Assembly (NCBI GenBank): GCA_963735585.1
Contig: CAVTLI010000003.1
Location: 14,874 to 78,873 of the forward strand
Direction of reading: 5' to 3'
Source: an uncultured Gaiellaceae bacterium
GTDB taxonomy: Bacteria; Actinomycetota; Thermoleophilia; Gaiellales; Gaiellaceae
DNA: 64,000 nucleotides
The notes under the pieces were generated by a model. It worked only from the letters and a program-made list of their open reading frames with translations, did not search any database and was not told where the DNA came from. Below are positions 1 to 8,679 of this stretch, one piece after another. The first letter of the stretch is position 1. Each line of letters opens with the position of its first letter. The translations under genes and the position numbers were made by a program.

Positions 1-1
1 A

Positions 2-310
2 ATCGAGACATTCTCGCGCATCCTGACCGGGGAGCTCGGCCCCAGCGGCATCCGCGTCATCTGCCTGCGGCCACATGCAATTCCCGAAACGGTCGCGACA
101 TCACACGTCCACGATCTCTTCAACGGCTTCGCCCAGCGCGCCGGCACAACCGTCGAGGACTGGCTGGCCGAACACGCACCCGCCGCCAAGTTGGGACGCC
201 TTCCAACACTTGCCCAAGTCGCCGACTACGCGACCTTCGTGGCCTCCGACCGCGCCGGGGCGATGACCGGAGCAATCGCCAACCTCAGCGCCGGCTTCCT
301 CGTCGACTGA
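2..310 (+). CDS. short-chain dehydrogenase/reductase (SDR), C-terminal fragment; 5' end lies outside the window
   Basis: Frame is open from the window edge to TGA 308-310. Translation ...GIRVICLRPHAIPET...GRLPTLAQVADYATFVASDRAGAMTGAIANLSAGFLVD is a typical SDR C-terminus. Confidence 0.7.
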   Translation: METFSRILTGELGPSGIRVICLRPHAIPETVATSHVHDLFNGFAQRAGTTVEDWLAEHAPAAKLGRLPTLAQVADYATFVASDRAGAMTGAIANLSAGFLVD

Positions 311-481
311 CCTCCCGGCCCCTGGGCTGTCCGCTGAGGGCGGCCCCATACAGGCGTCGGGTTTCCTGGCAGGAGCACATCATGTGACGGTGCAGCTGCC
401 GCGCGACTACGACGCGGTGCTCACGCCACTGGGCTGAACCCGAGGCGCTTCGCGCCGAAGGAATCCAGGAGAATCTGTCCC

Positions 482-1288
482 ATGCTGACGTTCGTCGCCG
501 CCGCGATGCTGGCCTTGGGCGCGCCCGCACCGCCCTCGCCGAGCGCGCCGTTGCCGAGCGGCGCACCCGCGACCGCGCAGCGACTCGCGCTCGCGAGCCG
601 AGCGCTCGACGCGGCCATCGGCGACTGGCGGGCCGGCGAGGCGCCAAGGCCGCCGCGGGCTCTTTCGCTCTGGGCGCTCCACCAGCAGCGGCTCTATCTC
701 TCGCTCGGTGTGCGGCCCCAGAGCTTCGGCAAGGCCGTGGTTCGCCGGCTGCCGCCGGCGTTGCGAGCGGACGCACGCGACGTGATCGCGGCGCGGAGGG
801 CGCTCGTCCGTCTCACTCCGCCGACCACGCTTCCCCTCTCCGCCTTCCGCACCGGCCCGGCGCAGCCCGCCGAGCAGCTGCTGAGGCACTACCGGGAGGC
901 GCAGGGACGCTTCGGCGTCCACTGGTCGATCCTCGCCGCGGTCAACTTCGTCGAGACGGCCTTCGGCAAGGTGCGCTCGCGCAGCAGCGCCGGCGCGCAG
1001 GGACCGATGCAGTTCCTCCCGGCCACCTGGCGCGCATATGGCCTCGGCGGCGACGTGCACGATCCGCGCGACGCGATCCTCGGGGCGGCGAACTACCTAC
1101 GGGCCTCCGGCGCGCCTCGCGACCTCCGCGGCGCGCTCTACGCCTACAACCACTCCACGCTCTACGTCGACGCCGTGCTCGCCTACGCGCGGGTCATGCG
1201 GCGGCACCCGCGAGCCCTCGACGGCTTCCACGCCTGGCAGGTCTTCGTGCGGACGCCGGGCGGCTACCGCCGGCTCACGAGCCCATAG
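482..1288 (+). CDS. secreted lytic transglycosylase-domain protein
   Basis: Track ORF 482..1288. Hydrophobic N-terminal signal (MLTFVAAAMLALGAPA). SLT-like core AVNFVETAFGK...GPMQFLPATWRAYG...AANYL. Confidence 0.8.
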   Translation: MLTFVAAAMLALGAPAPPSPSAPLPSGAPATAQRLALASRALDAAIGDWRAGEAPRPPRALSLWALHQQRLYLSLGVRPQSFGKAVVRRLPPALRADARDVIAARRALVRLTPPTTLPLSAFRTGPAQPAEQLLRHYREAQGRFGVHWSILAAVNFVETAFGKVRSRSSAGAQGPMQFLPATWRAYGLGGDVHDPRDAILGAANYLRASGAPRDLRGALYAYNHSTLYVDAVLAYARVMRRHPRALDGFHAWQVFVRTPGGYRRLTSP

Positions 1289-1460
1289 ACCTTTTCGCCT
1301 GACCGGATTACACTCCGCCGGAGCGGCACAGCGGATGCCGCGCGGGTCTTCTCAGGGAGGTGTGGCCACTCAGGACGTCGAGCCTCGACACGATCGGCGC
1401 CCTCGCTTGCCTGCGAGGACACCGATGCGGCTGTCCTGACTCGCGGCTCTGCGGCTCGCG

Positions 1461-1946
1461 ATGACTGCACCGCACTTCCATTCGCACGTCGACGACCCTG
1501 CGGCGGTCGGTCGGCGGCTCAGAGAGGCACGCATCGCAGCGGGCCTCTCCCAGCGTCGTCTCTCCTTTCCGGGGTGCTCCGCCGCGTACATCTCGCGGCT
1601 GGAGGCCGGTGAGCGCGTACCGTCGCTGCAGCTGCTGCGCAAGCTCGCGCAGAAGCTCGACGCCGACGAGAACTACCTCGCCACGGGCGTCGAGCGGATC
1701 GAGCAGACGCCGCCGCAACTCGTGGACGCCGAGGTCGAGCGTCGCCTGTCCGGCAAGAGAAACAAGTCACGCGAGAACAGCAGACCGCCCGGGGGTCTCA
1801 CCGACCCGGCCGAGCGCGCCCGGGTGCTCTGGGAGTACTCACGGAGCCTCGTCCAGACCGGAGACCGGCGCTCCGCGGCGCGGTATGCGCGCGACGCGCT
1901 CGCGCTGCTCGACTACGCGGACGACCTCACTCACGCCGACGCGTAG
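1461..1946 (+). CDS. XRE-family helix-turn-helix transcriptional regulator
   Basis: Track ORF. HTH segment VGRRLREARIAAGLSQRRLS...AAYISRLEAGERVPSLQLLRKLAQKL. Confidence 0.7.
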   Translation: MTAPHFHSHVDDPAAVGRRLREARIAAGLSQRRLSFPGCSAAYISRLEAGERVPSLQLLRKLAQKLDADENYLATGVERIEQTPPQLVDAEVERRLSGKRNKSRENSRPPGGLTDPAERARVLWEYSRSLVQTGDRRSAARYARDALALLDYADDLTHADA

Positions 1947-1955
1947 AGTCGCCGC

Positions 1956-2912
1956 ATGGAGCAGCGCGCACTCGGGCGCACCGGCATCGACGTCTCCCGC
2001 GTCATTCTGGGTTGCGGCAACTTCGGCGGCATCGGGTCCTCGCCAGCGTTCTTCGGCGCCGGCGAGTCCGAAGGCGAGGCTCACGCGCTGCTGGACGCCG
2101 CCTGGTCGGCGGGGATCACGACCTTCGACACGGCGGACGCCTACGGAGGCGGCCGCAGCGAGACCTACATCGGCAACTGGCTTCGTACGAAGGGCTCCTC
2201 CGTGCGCGACCGGCTCGTGCTGACGACGAAGACCTTCAACCCCATGCACGAGGGCGCCGACGGCGGCCTCTCGGCGCCGCGCATCCGCCGGCAGCTCGAG
2301 AGCAGCCTGCAGCGGCTCGGGATCGAGGCCGTCGAGCTCTACCTCGCTCACGAGCCCGATCCGGCCACGCCGCTGGAGGAGACGATCGGCGCGTTCGCCG
2401 AGCTACAGCGGGAGGGCAAGCTCCGCGCGTTCGGCGGCAGCAACGTCGACGCGCCCTGGCTCGAGGAAGCGCTCCGGCACGGGCGCGTCGACTGGGTGCA
2501 GAACTCGTACTCCCTGCTCGAGCGCCGCGACGAGAACGGCGTGCTCGACGTGTGCGCGCGCGAAGGACTGGGCTACACGCCCTTCAGCCCGCTCGCGGGC
2601 GGCTGGCTGACGGGCAAGTACCGCCGAGGGGAGCCGGCACCGGCAGGCTCACGGATGACGCTGCGGCCGGGCCCCTACGAGCACCTGCGCAACGACCGCA
2701 CCTTCGACGCGCTCGAGGCCTTCGAGGAGCAGGCGCGCGAGCGCGACACCTCGCCCGCCGCGCTTGCCCTGGCCTGGGCGCTCGCCGGCCCGCAGGTGAC
2801 GGCCGTCGTGGTCGGCCCGCGCCGGCCCGAGCAGCTCCAGCCCGCCCTCGACGCACTGGAGCTCGAGCTCTCGCCGCTCGAGCGGGAGACGATCGGAGCT
2901 CTCTTCGCATGA
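1956..2912 (+). CDS. aldo/keto reductase
   Basis: Track ORF 318 aa. LGRTGIDVSRVILGCGNFGG, FDTADAYGGGRSE, LYLAHEPD and NSYSLLER are AKR hallmarks. Confidence 0.9.
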   Translation: MEQRALGRTGIDVSRVILGCGNFGGIGSSPAFFGAGESEGEAHALLDAAWSAGITTFDTADAYGGGRSETYIGNWLRTKGSSVRDRLVLTTKTFNPMHEGADGGLSAPRIRRQLESSLQRLGIEAVELYLAHEPDPATPLEETIGAFAELQREGKLRAFGGSNVDAPWLEEALRHGRVDWVQNSYSLLERRDENGVLDVCAREGLGYTPFSPLAGGWLTGKYRRGEPAPAGSRMTLRPGPYEHLRNDRTFDALEAFEEQARERDTSPAALALAWALAGPQVTAVVVGPRRPEQLQPALDALELELSPLERETIGALFA

Positions 2913-3823
2913 CGCTGCTCGTCCTGTCGGAGCACGACGTGGAGCGGCTGCTGACGATGGCCGAGTGCATCGAGGCGATGACCGACGTGTTGTCCGCACT
3001 CGCGCGCGGCGAGCTCTATCAGCCGCTCCGCTTCGTGCTGCGCCCGCCCGACGCGGCCGGGCTGATGGGGTTCATGCCCGCCCACCGTGGAGGAGCGGGC
3101 GGCGCCTTCTCGCTGAAGGAGATCATGGTCGTGCCGGCCAACCCCGGACGCGGGCTCGACGCCCACCAGGGCGGGGTGCTCCTGCACGACGGCGAGACCG
3201 GCGAGCTGCGGGCGCTGCTGAACGCCTCGCCGATCACGGCGATCAGGACGGCAGCCGTATCGGCGGTCGCGACGCGGGCACTGGCCCGGCCCGACGCGCG
3301 AACGGTCGCGATCCTGGGCACGGGCGTCCAGGGCAAGGCGCATGCGGACGCGATGCGCGCGGTGCTCGAGGAGCCCGAGATCCGGATGTGGAGCCGCAGC
3401 AGCGGCGGGAGCGCGGAGGACGTCGTCCGCGGCGCCGACGTGGTCTGCACGTGTACGACGTCCGCCGAGCCGGTGCTGCGGCGGGAGTGGCTCGCGCCGG
3501 GCGCGCACGTGAACGCCGTGGGCGCCAGCGTACCCAGCGCCCGCGAGCTCGACGAGGCCACGATTCGGGCGGCGACGCTCGTCGTCGACCGGCGCGAGTC
3601 GGCGCTGAACGAGTCGGGCGAGCTGCTGATCCCCGGCTTCGGCGAGGAGCAGATCGCGGCCGAGCTCGGCGACGTGCTGATCGGCGCGCATCCGGGGCGC
3701 ACAGCCGACGACGAGCTGACGGTCTTCAAGTCGCTCGGGCTCGCCGTCGAGGATCTCGCCGCTGCCGAGCTCATCGTGCGGCGTGCACGGGAGCAGGGCG
3801 CCGGCGTCGAGGTCGACTTCTGA
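2909..3823 (+). CDS. ornithine cyclodeaminase / mu-crystallin family protein
   Basis: ATG 2909 overlaps the AKR stop (ATGA). Tail of track ORF 2012..3823: ...ITAIRTAAVSAVATRALARPDARTVAILGTGVQGKAHA... (Rossmann GxGxxG) ...TVFKSLGLAVEDLAAAEL. Confidence 0.9.
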   Translation: MTLLVLSEHDVERLLTMAECIEAMTDVLSALARGELYQPLRFVLRPPDAAGLMGFMPAHRGGAGGAFSLKEIMVVPANPGRGLDAHQGGVLLHDGETGELRALLNASPITAIRTAAVSAVATRALARPDARTVAILGTGVQGKAHADAMRAVLEEPEIRMWSRSSGGSAEDVVRGADVVCTCTTSAEPVLRREWLAPGAHVNAVGASVPSARELDEATIRAATLVVDRRESALNESGELLIPGFGEEQIAAELGDVLIGAHPGRTADDELTVFKSLGLAVEDLAAAELIVRRAREQGAGVEVDF

Positions 3824-4767
3824 TCCCGCTGGCGGAGATCGAGCGCGCCCGGGAGACGATCCGCGGCGCCGCGATCCGTACGCCGCTCGTGCGACTCGAC
3901 GTCGACGCACCGGCGGAGATCTGGCTGAAGCTCGAGAATCTGCAGCCGATCGGCTCCTTCAAGATCCGCGGCGCGGCAAACGCGGTCCGGCGGGCGCCGC
4001 GCGAGCTGACCGCCGGCGGCGTCGTGACCGCAAGCGCGGGCAACATGGCGCAGGGGGTCGCCTGGGCGGCGCGCGAGCTCGGCGTGCCCGCGACGATCGT
4101 CGTGCCGGACGGAGCGCCGCAGACCAAGCTGAACGCGATCGCCCGGCTCGGCGGCACCGTGGTGCAGGTGCCGCACGAGCGCTGGTGGCAGGCGCTCGTC
4201 GAGTCGCGCTACGACGACATCGAGGGCCTCTTCGTGCACCCGGTGCAGGACGAGGCCGTGATGGCGGGCAACGGCACGATCGGCCTCGAGCTCGCCGAGG
4301 ACGCGCCCGACGCAGATGTCGTGCTCGTGCCCTGGGGCGGCGGCGGCCTCTTCACCGGGATCGCCAGCGCGCTCGCCGCAGTGCAGCCGGCGACGCGCGT
4401 CTACGCGGTCGAGCCCGAGACGGGCGCCCCGCTCACTGCGGCCCTGGCCGCCGGAGCTCCGGAGCAGGTCGACTATCGCCCGTCCTTCGTCGACGGCGCC
4501 GGCAGCCGTGCGCTGCTCCCGGCGATGTGGACGCGCGCGCAGCCGTTGCTCGCCGGCTCGTTCGCCGTGACCCTCGACGAGGTCGCCGCAGCCGTCCGGC
4601 TCCTCTCCGAGCGCGCGCGCATCGTCGCGGAGGGAGCGGGCGCGCTTGCCGTGGCCGCTGCGCTCGGCGACCGGGTCGAGGCACGGAAGATCGTCTGCGT
4701 CGTCTCCGGCGGGAACATCGACGCCGACCGGCTGGCGACGATCCTCCGCGGAGAGGTGCCGAGCTAG
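3820..4767 (+). CDS. PLP-dependent threonine dehydratase / serine racemase-family enzyme (start codon uncertain)
   Basis: Tail of track ORF 2965..4767. IPLAEIERARETIRGAAIRTPLV...PIGSFKIRGA (PLP lysine motif)...GNMAQGVAWAA...SGGNID. There is no ATG/GTG/TTG before the conserved N-terminus. The only in-frame candidate at the junction is CTG 3820, which overlaps the upstream TGA. Confidence 0.8.
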   Translation: MIPLAEIERARETIRGAAIRTPLVRLDVDAPAEIWLKLENLQPIGSFKIRGAANAVRRAPRELTAGGVVTASAGNMAQGVAWAARELGVPATIVVPDGAPQTKLNAIARLGGTVVQVPHERWWQALVESRYDDIEGLFVHPVQDEAVMAGNGTIGLELAEDAPDADVVLVPWGGGGLFTGIASALAAVQPATRVYAVEPETGAPLTAALAAGAPEQVDYRPSFVDGAGSRALLPAMWTRAQPLLAGSFAVTLDEVAAAVRLLSERARIVAEGAGALAVAAALGDRVEARKIVCVVSGGNIDADRLATILRGEVPS

Positions 4768-5579
4768 GCGGCGACGGGGCCGACGTCGTACGTCGTCAGC
4801 TGATCCTTCAGCTTCCGACGGATGCCGGCGAGGATCTGGGAGACCCGCGACTCGCTGACCCCGAGCATCCGGCCGATCTCGGCACCGGGGAGCTCGTGGA
4901 CGTGGACGAGCGCCAGCACGCGCCGCTCCCGCTCGGAGAGCCGGGCGATCGCGTCACGCATCGCAGCGTTCCGCTCCGAGACGAGCGCTGTCGCTTCGGG
5001 GCCGAGCTCGCCCTCGGCTGCGACGACGGTGTCGCCGATCTCGAGCGGCAGCCCGTCGTCCGCCCCGCGCGCCGGTGCATTCAGCGAGCCGACGTCCGCG
5101 CGGTCGATCTCCTCGAGGCTCGTGCGGAGCTCCGCGACGGTCATGCCGAGCTCGCGAGCCAGCTGCTCCTCGGTCGGCGGCAGGCCGTGGCGGGCGGAGA
5201 AGGAATCGCGGGCCCGGTCGATCCTGCGGCCGACGCGGCGCACGGAGCGGGAGGCCCAATCCTGGCGGCGCAGCTCGTCGACGAGCGCACCGGCGACGCG
5301 CGTCCAGGCGTACTGCTCGAACGACGCGCCCTTGGCCGGGTCGAAGCGGTCGATCGCCTCCATCAGCGCGACGAGGCCGGACGAGGCGAGGTCGTCGAGG
5401 TCGCAGTGGTTCGGCAGCTCGCGCAGCTTGCGCGAAGCGATGTAGCGCACCATCGGCGCGTAGGACAGGATCAGCCGGTCGCGCGAGGCGCTGTCGCGAT
5501 CGAGCTTCCAGTTTCGCCACAGGGTCTCGGCGGCAGCCGGCGTCAGGCGCTGAGCGCTCGAGGTGAGGGTCGAGGTCAT
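4764..5579 (-). CDS. FliA/WhiG-type (group 3) RNA polymerase sigma factor
   Basis: Track ORF 271 aa. Region 2 (LILSYAPMVRYIASR...DLASSGLVALMEAIDRFDP...FEQYAWTRVAGALVDELR). Regions 3/4 (LGMTVAELR..., LSERERRVLALVHVHELPGAEIGRMLGVSESRVSQI). Confidence 0.9.
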   Translation of the reverse strand: MTSTLTSSAQRLTPAAAETLWRNWKLDRDSASRDRLILSYAPMVRYIASRKLRELPNHCDLDDLASSGLVALMEAIDRFDPAKGASFEQYAWTRVAGALVDELRRQDWASRSVRRVGRRIDRARDSFSARHGLPPTEEQLARELGMTVAELRTSLEEIDRADVGSLNAPARGADDGLPLEIGDTVVAAEGELGPEATALVSERNAAMRDAIARLSERERRVLALVHVHELPGAEIGRMLGVSESRVSQILAGIRRKLKDQLTTYDVGPVAA

Positions 5580-5779
5580 GTGTTCCTCCGCAGGGTGGGG
5601 CGTCTCGACGTGCCCTCTCCCTATCGGCGCGGCGCTCGTCCCGGCGGGAGTCCTGGTTCAGGTCTTCGGCCCTCCCCGATTCAGGTGAACCCGTGTGCCC
5701 CTTCCGGGGGCCAGGAGGGTTGGCGGAATGCCGCTCGTCGTCGGGGTGCGCTGCTCGTTCCGAGGCAAGGACGCAGGGA

Positions 5780-5805
5780 GCGCCGATAGTTGAAGCTATC
5801 GGCGC
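5780..5805 (-). terminator. stem-loop (10-bp arms GCGCCGATAG/CTATCGGCGC, 6-nt loop), candidate intrinsic terminator after the methyltransferase gene
   Basis: Perfect inverted repeat read directly, about 70 nt downstream of the stop at 5874 on the minus strand. No clear U-tract. Confidence 0.3.
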
Positions 5806-5873
5806 GACGGAGGACGCCGCATCGGGGCGAGCAGCGCGGCCCGGCGGCACAGACTGTATTTCGCCAGACCCTC

Positions 5874-6503
5874 CTAGCGCGGACGGCCCGCGTACCGGAA
5901 GCCGAGCGGACGGATCGCGTCCGCGTCGACGAGGGCCTGCTCGAGCACTTCCGAGGAGGCCCCGCCGAGCAACCGGTGCAGGAACGGCGTCCGCACGAAA
6001 GTCCCCTCCAGAAAGTGCTCGTCGAGCGCCTGCCGCAGCGCGTCGAAGCCGTGCAGTCCGAGATGGTCGGCGTCCCACTCGGCCCGCAGCTCCTCGCGGG
6101 ATGCGGGCGCCGGGTCGCCGCCCGCCGCTGCGAGCGCGCGTCGCTGACCCCAGAGCCAGTCGAGGGTCGGCTCGTCGAGCAGGTCCCAGGCGAATTCGTC
6201 CACGACGAGCACGCCGCCGCGCTCGAGCAGCGACGCGATCTTCCCGAGCGCCACGTCGAGGTCGCGGATGTGGTGCAGCGAGAACGCCGCGACGACGGCG
6301 TCGTAGCGCTCGGTCCCGTCGAGGTCGTCGAGCGTGAGACGCCGGAAGAGCTCGCCCTCGGGCGCCACCGGGTCGATCCCCAGGACGTCATGACCCGCGA
6401 TCGCCAGCGCCGTCGTCAGCTCGCCCCGGCCGCTGCCCACCTCCAGCACGCGGGCGGGCGGCGGCGGAAGCTGCTCGCGCAGAAACTCTTCGAAGGTTTC
6501 CAT
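5874..6503 (-). CDS. class I SAM-dependent methyltransferase
   Basis: Track ORF 209 aa. Motif I VLEVGSGRGELT, then DAVVAAFSLHH and LLERGGVLVVDEF. Confidence 0.85.
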   Translation of the reverse strand: METFEEFLREQLPPPPARVLEVGSGRGELTTALAIAGHDVLGIDPVAPEGELFRRLTLDDLDGTERYDAVVAAFSLHHIRDLDVALGKIASLLERGGVLVVDEFAWDLLDEPTLDWLWGQRRALAAAGGDPAPASREELRAEWDADHLGLHGFDALRQALDEHFLEGTFVRTPFLHRLLGGASSEVLEQALVDADAIRPLGFRYAGRPR

Positions 6504-6544
6504 TCGCGCTGCACCGTACTGGCCGCTCCGGCGAGAATCGCCCG

Positions 6545-7687
6545 ATGAAGGGGGAGCAGACGGTGAGCACGGCGGCGGTCCGGCGGCTTGCGATCGCCGC
6601 GCAGGGCTATGCGGGCCGGTTCAGGCGCGCGGATGCCGCCGACGTCGAGGCCGCGATCGGGCGGCTCTCGTGCGTCCAGCTCGACTCGATCTCCACCGTC
6701 GACCGCAGCCACCGGCTCGCCCTCTCCTCGCGGATCGGCGCGTATCCGGCCGCTGCGGTGTCGGAGCTGCTCGGCGCCGGCCGGATCTTCGAGTACTGGG
6801 CGCACGAGGCCTGTCTCCTGCCGGCAGCGGACTGGCCGCTCTTCCGGCCGGCGATGCAAAACGGCGGCCGCGGCTGGTACGGGAAGGTCGAGAGGACGCA
6901 CCCGCACCTGAGGGAGGAGATCCTGGGCGAGATCGAGGCGCGCGGGCCGCTCGGCTCGCGGCACTTCGAAGGTTCGGCGGGCGGCGGGATGTGGAACTGG
7001 AAGCCGGCCAAGGCGATGCTCGAGCTGCTCTGGAACCATGGTGAGCTCGTCGTCGGTGGACGGCAGGGCTTCCAGCGCCTCTACGACCTGCCCGAACGCG
7101 TGCTCCCGGCGAGGGTGCTGGAAGCGCCCGTCCCGCCCGAACCGGAACGTCTGCGCGAGCTGGCGCTGCGGGCGGTGCGGGCGCGCGGCGTCCTCACCGA
7201 GTCCGGAATCGTCGAGCACTGGCGCCTGCGAGGCGGCGCCGCGACCGTCCGCCCTGCTGTTGCGAGCCTGGTCGAGGACGGTCTGCTGCGCCGCCTGCGG
7301 GTCGACGACGGCGGCGCCGACGTGCTCGTCGACGCATCGGCGGATCTCGCGCCGCCCGCCCCGTCAGCACCGGTGCTCGTCTCGCCCTTCGACAACCTGC
7401 TCTGGGACCGGCCGTTCGCGCGGCGCATCCTCGAGTTCGACCACCTGATCGAGGTCTACAAGCCCCAACCGCAGCGCCGGTACGGCTACTACGTGCTGCC
7501 GTTCCTCCGCGGCGAGCGCATCGCCGGACGGGTCGATCTCAAGTCGGAGCGAACCGAGGGTGCGCTCGTCGTGAAGGCGTTCCACCGCGAGGACGGCGTC
7601 CGCGCGTCGGCGGCGCTCGACGATGCGCTCGACCGGGCGCTCCAGCGCCTGGCACGCACGATCGGGCTCGAGACGGTACGGCGGTGA
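6545..7687 (+). CDS. YcaQ/AlkZ-like winged-helix DNA glycosylase family protein (copy 1)
   Basis: Track ORF 380 aa. N-terminal RRLAIAAQGY...IGRLSCVQLDSISTV (Q-hydrophobic-D motif). C-terminal RRYGYYVLPFLRGERIAGRVDLK is typical of the family. Confidence 0.85.
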   Translation: MKGEQTVSTAAVRRLAIAAQGYAGRFRRADAADVEAAIGRLSCVQLDSISTVDRSHRLALSSRIGAYPAAAVSELLGAGRIFEYWAHEACLLPAADWPLFRPAMQNGGRGWYGKVERTHPHLREEILGEIEARGPLGSRHFEGSAGGGMWNWKPAKAMLELLWNHGELVVGGRQGFQRLYDLPERVLPARVLEAPVPPEPERLRELALRAVRARGVLTESGIVEHWRLRGGAATVRPAVASLVEDGLLRRLRVDDGGADVLVDASADLAPPAPSAPVLVSPFDNLLWDRPFARRILEFDHLIEVYKPQPQRRYGYYVLPFLRGERIAGRVDLKSERTEGALVVKAFHREDGVRASAALDDALDRALQRLARTIGLETVRR

Positions 7688-8679
7688 AGGTGAGCGTCGA
7701 GGAGGCGCGCCGGATCGCCGTCCGCGCGCAGGTGCTCGACGGCGGCGCGACCGACGTCCTGTCGACGGTGCGTCGGCTCGGCTTCCTGCAGATCGATGTC
7801 GTCCAGCCGATCGAGCGGCCGCAGCACCTCGTTCTCTTCAGCCGGCTCGGGCCGCGTTACGACCGCGCGGAGCTCGACCGGCAACTCTGGGAGGAGCGCT
7901 CGCTCTTCGAATGGAACGCGTTCATCTACCCGCTCGAGGACTTGCCGCTCGTCCGCGCCCGGGTCCGAAACTTCAAGCGCTCGCGGCACTACAAGAGCGA
8001 GCGTTGGGTGCACGAGTTCCTGGCCACGAACCGCGCCTTCCGCCGCTACGTCATGCGCGAGCTCGAGCAACGTGGCCCGCTCCCCTCCCGCGAGCTCGAG
8101 GATCGCTCCAAAGGCGAGAGGCGCGATCACCGCTGGTGGGGACCGCGCATGGTCGGGTTGATGCTGCTGTCGCTCCACCTGTACGGCGAGATCACCGTCG
8201 CCGGACGGAGGGGCAACGAGCGGCTGTGGGACCTCACGTCCCGCTGCTGGCCCGAGACGGAGACGGTCTCCGTGCGCGAGGCGGAGCGGATCCGCGCCGA
8301 CCGCCAGTTCCGCACCCAGGGGGTGCGGCTCGTGAAGGGAGAGTGGGAAGCCCATCCGGATGCGGTGGACGGGCCGGTGCCGGACCGCGCCGTGCTTCTC
8401 TCCCCGTTCGACCGCCTCGTCTACGACCGCGACCGCGCCGAGGCGCTGTGGGACTTCCGCTACCGGCTCGAGATGTTCGTCCCGAAGGCGAAGCGCGAGT
8501 ACGGCTACTACGTGCTGCCGCTGCTCAGCGGCGACAGCGTCGTCGGCCGGGCGGAGCCGCGCTTCGACCGGAAGACGCGTACGCTCGAGCTGCTCGGCGC
8601 GTGGGGCGACACCTCCCGGCTCGACGAGGCGCTCGCCGACCTCGGGACCTGGCTCGGCGCCGATACGATCGACGCGTGA
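7684..8679 (+). CDS. YcaQ/AlkZ-like winged-helix DNA glycosylase family protein (copy 2)
   Basis: GTG 7684 overlaps the copy-1 stop (GTGA). ARRIAVRAQVLDG...RRLGFLQIDVVQPI (QID). REYGYYVLPLLSGDSVVGRAEPRFDRK. Confidence 0.85.
   Translation: MKVSVEEARRIAVRAQVLDGGATDVLSTVRRLGFLQIDVVQPIERPQHLVLFSRLGPRYDRAELDRQLWEERSLFEWNAFIYPLEDLPLVRARVRNFKRSRHYKSERWVHEFLATNRAFRRYVMRELEQRGPLPSRELEDRSKGERRDHRWWGPRMVGLMLLSLHLYGEITVAGRRGNERLWDLTSRCWPETETVSVREAERIRADRQFRTQGVRLVKGEWEAHPDAVDGPVPDRAVLLSPFDRLVYDRDRAEALWDFRYRLEMFVPKAKREYGYYVLPLLSGDSVVGRAEPRFDRKTRTLELLGAWGDTSRLDEALADLGTWLGADTIDA

Noticed and set aside
311-481. Riboswitch or structured leader upstream of the first lytic transglycosylase gene
   Set aside because: Only short fragments (GAAGGAAUCC, GAGAAUC) resemble ydaO elements. 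I could not build a convincing stem architecture by eye.
2909-4767. Ectoine/hydroxyectoine catabolic pathway (EutB/EutC-like pair here, plus a DoeB-like deacylase and a DoeD-like aminotransferase at 38.8-43.5 kb)
   Set aside because: No DoeA/EutD-type (M24/creatinase-fold) ectoine hydrolase, TRAP/ABC ectoine transporter or EnuR-type regulator was seen. The two gene groups are 35 kb apart. The resemblance is at family level only.
4764-4767. Convergent genes sharing overlapping TAG stops in a palindromic CTAG (also at 24153-24156)
   Set aside because: This is real in the sequence, but most simply a by-product of genome compaction. There is no functional implication I can support.
5580-5873. 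Small RNA gene (SRP RNA, 6S RNA or similar) in the long intergenic region upstream of the sigma gene
   Set aside because: No SRP domain-IV-like GGAAGGAAGCAGC element or other recognisable conserved ncRNA core was found on either strand.
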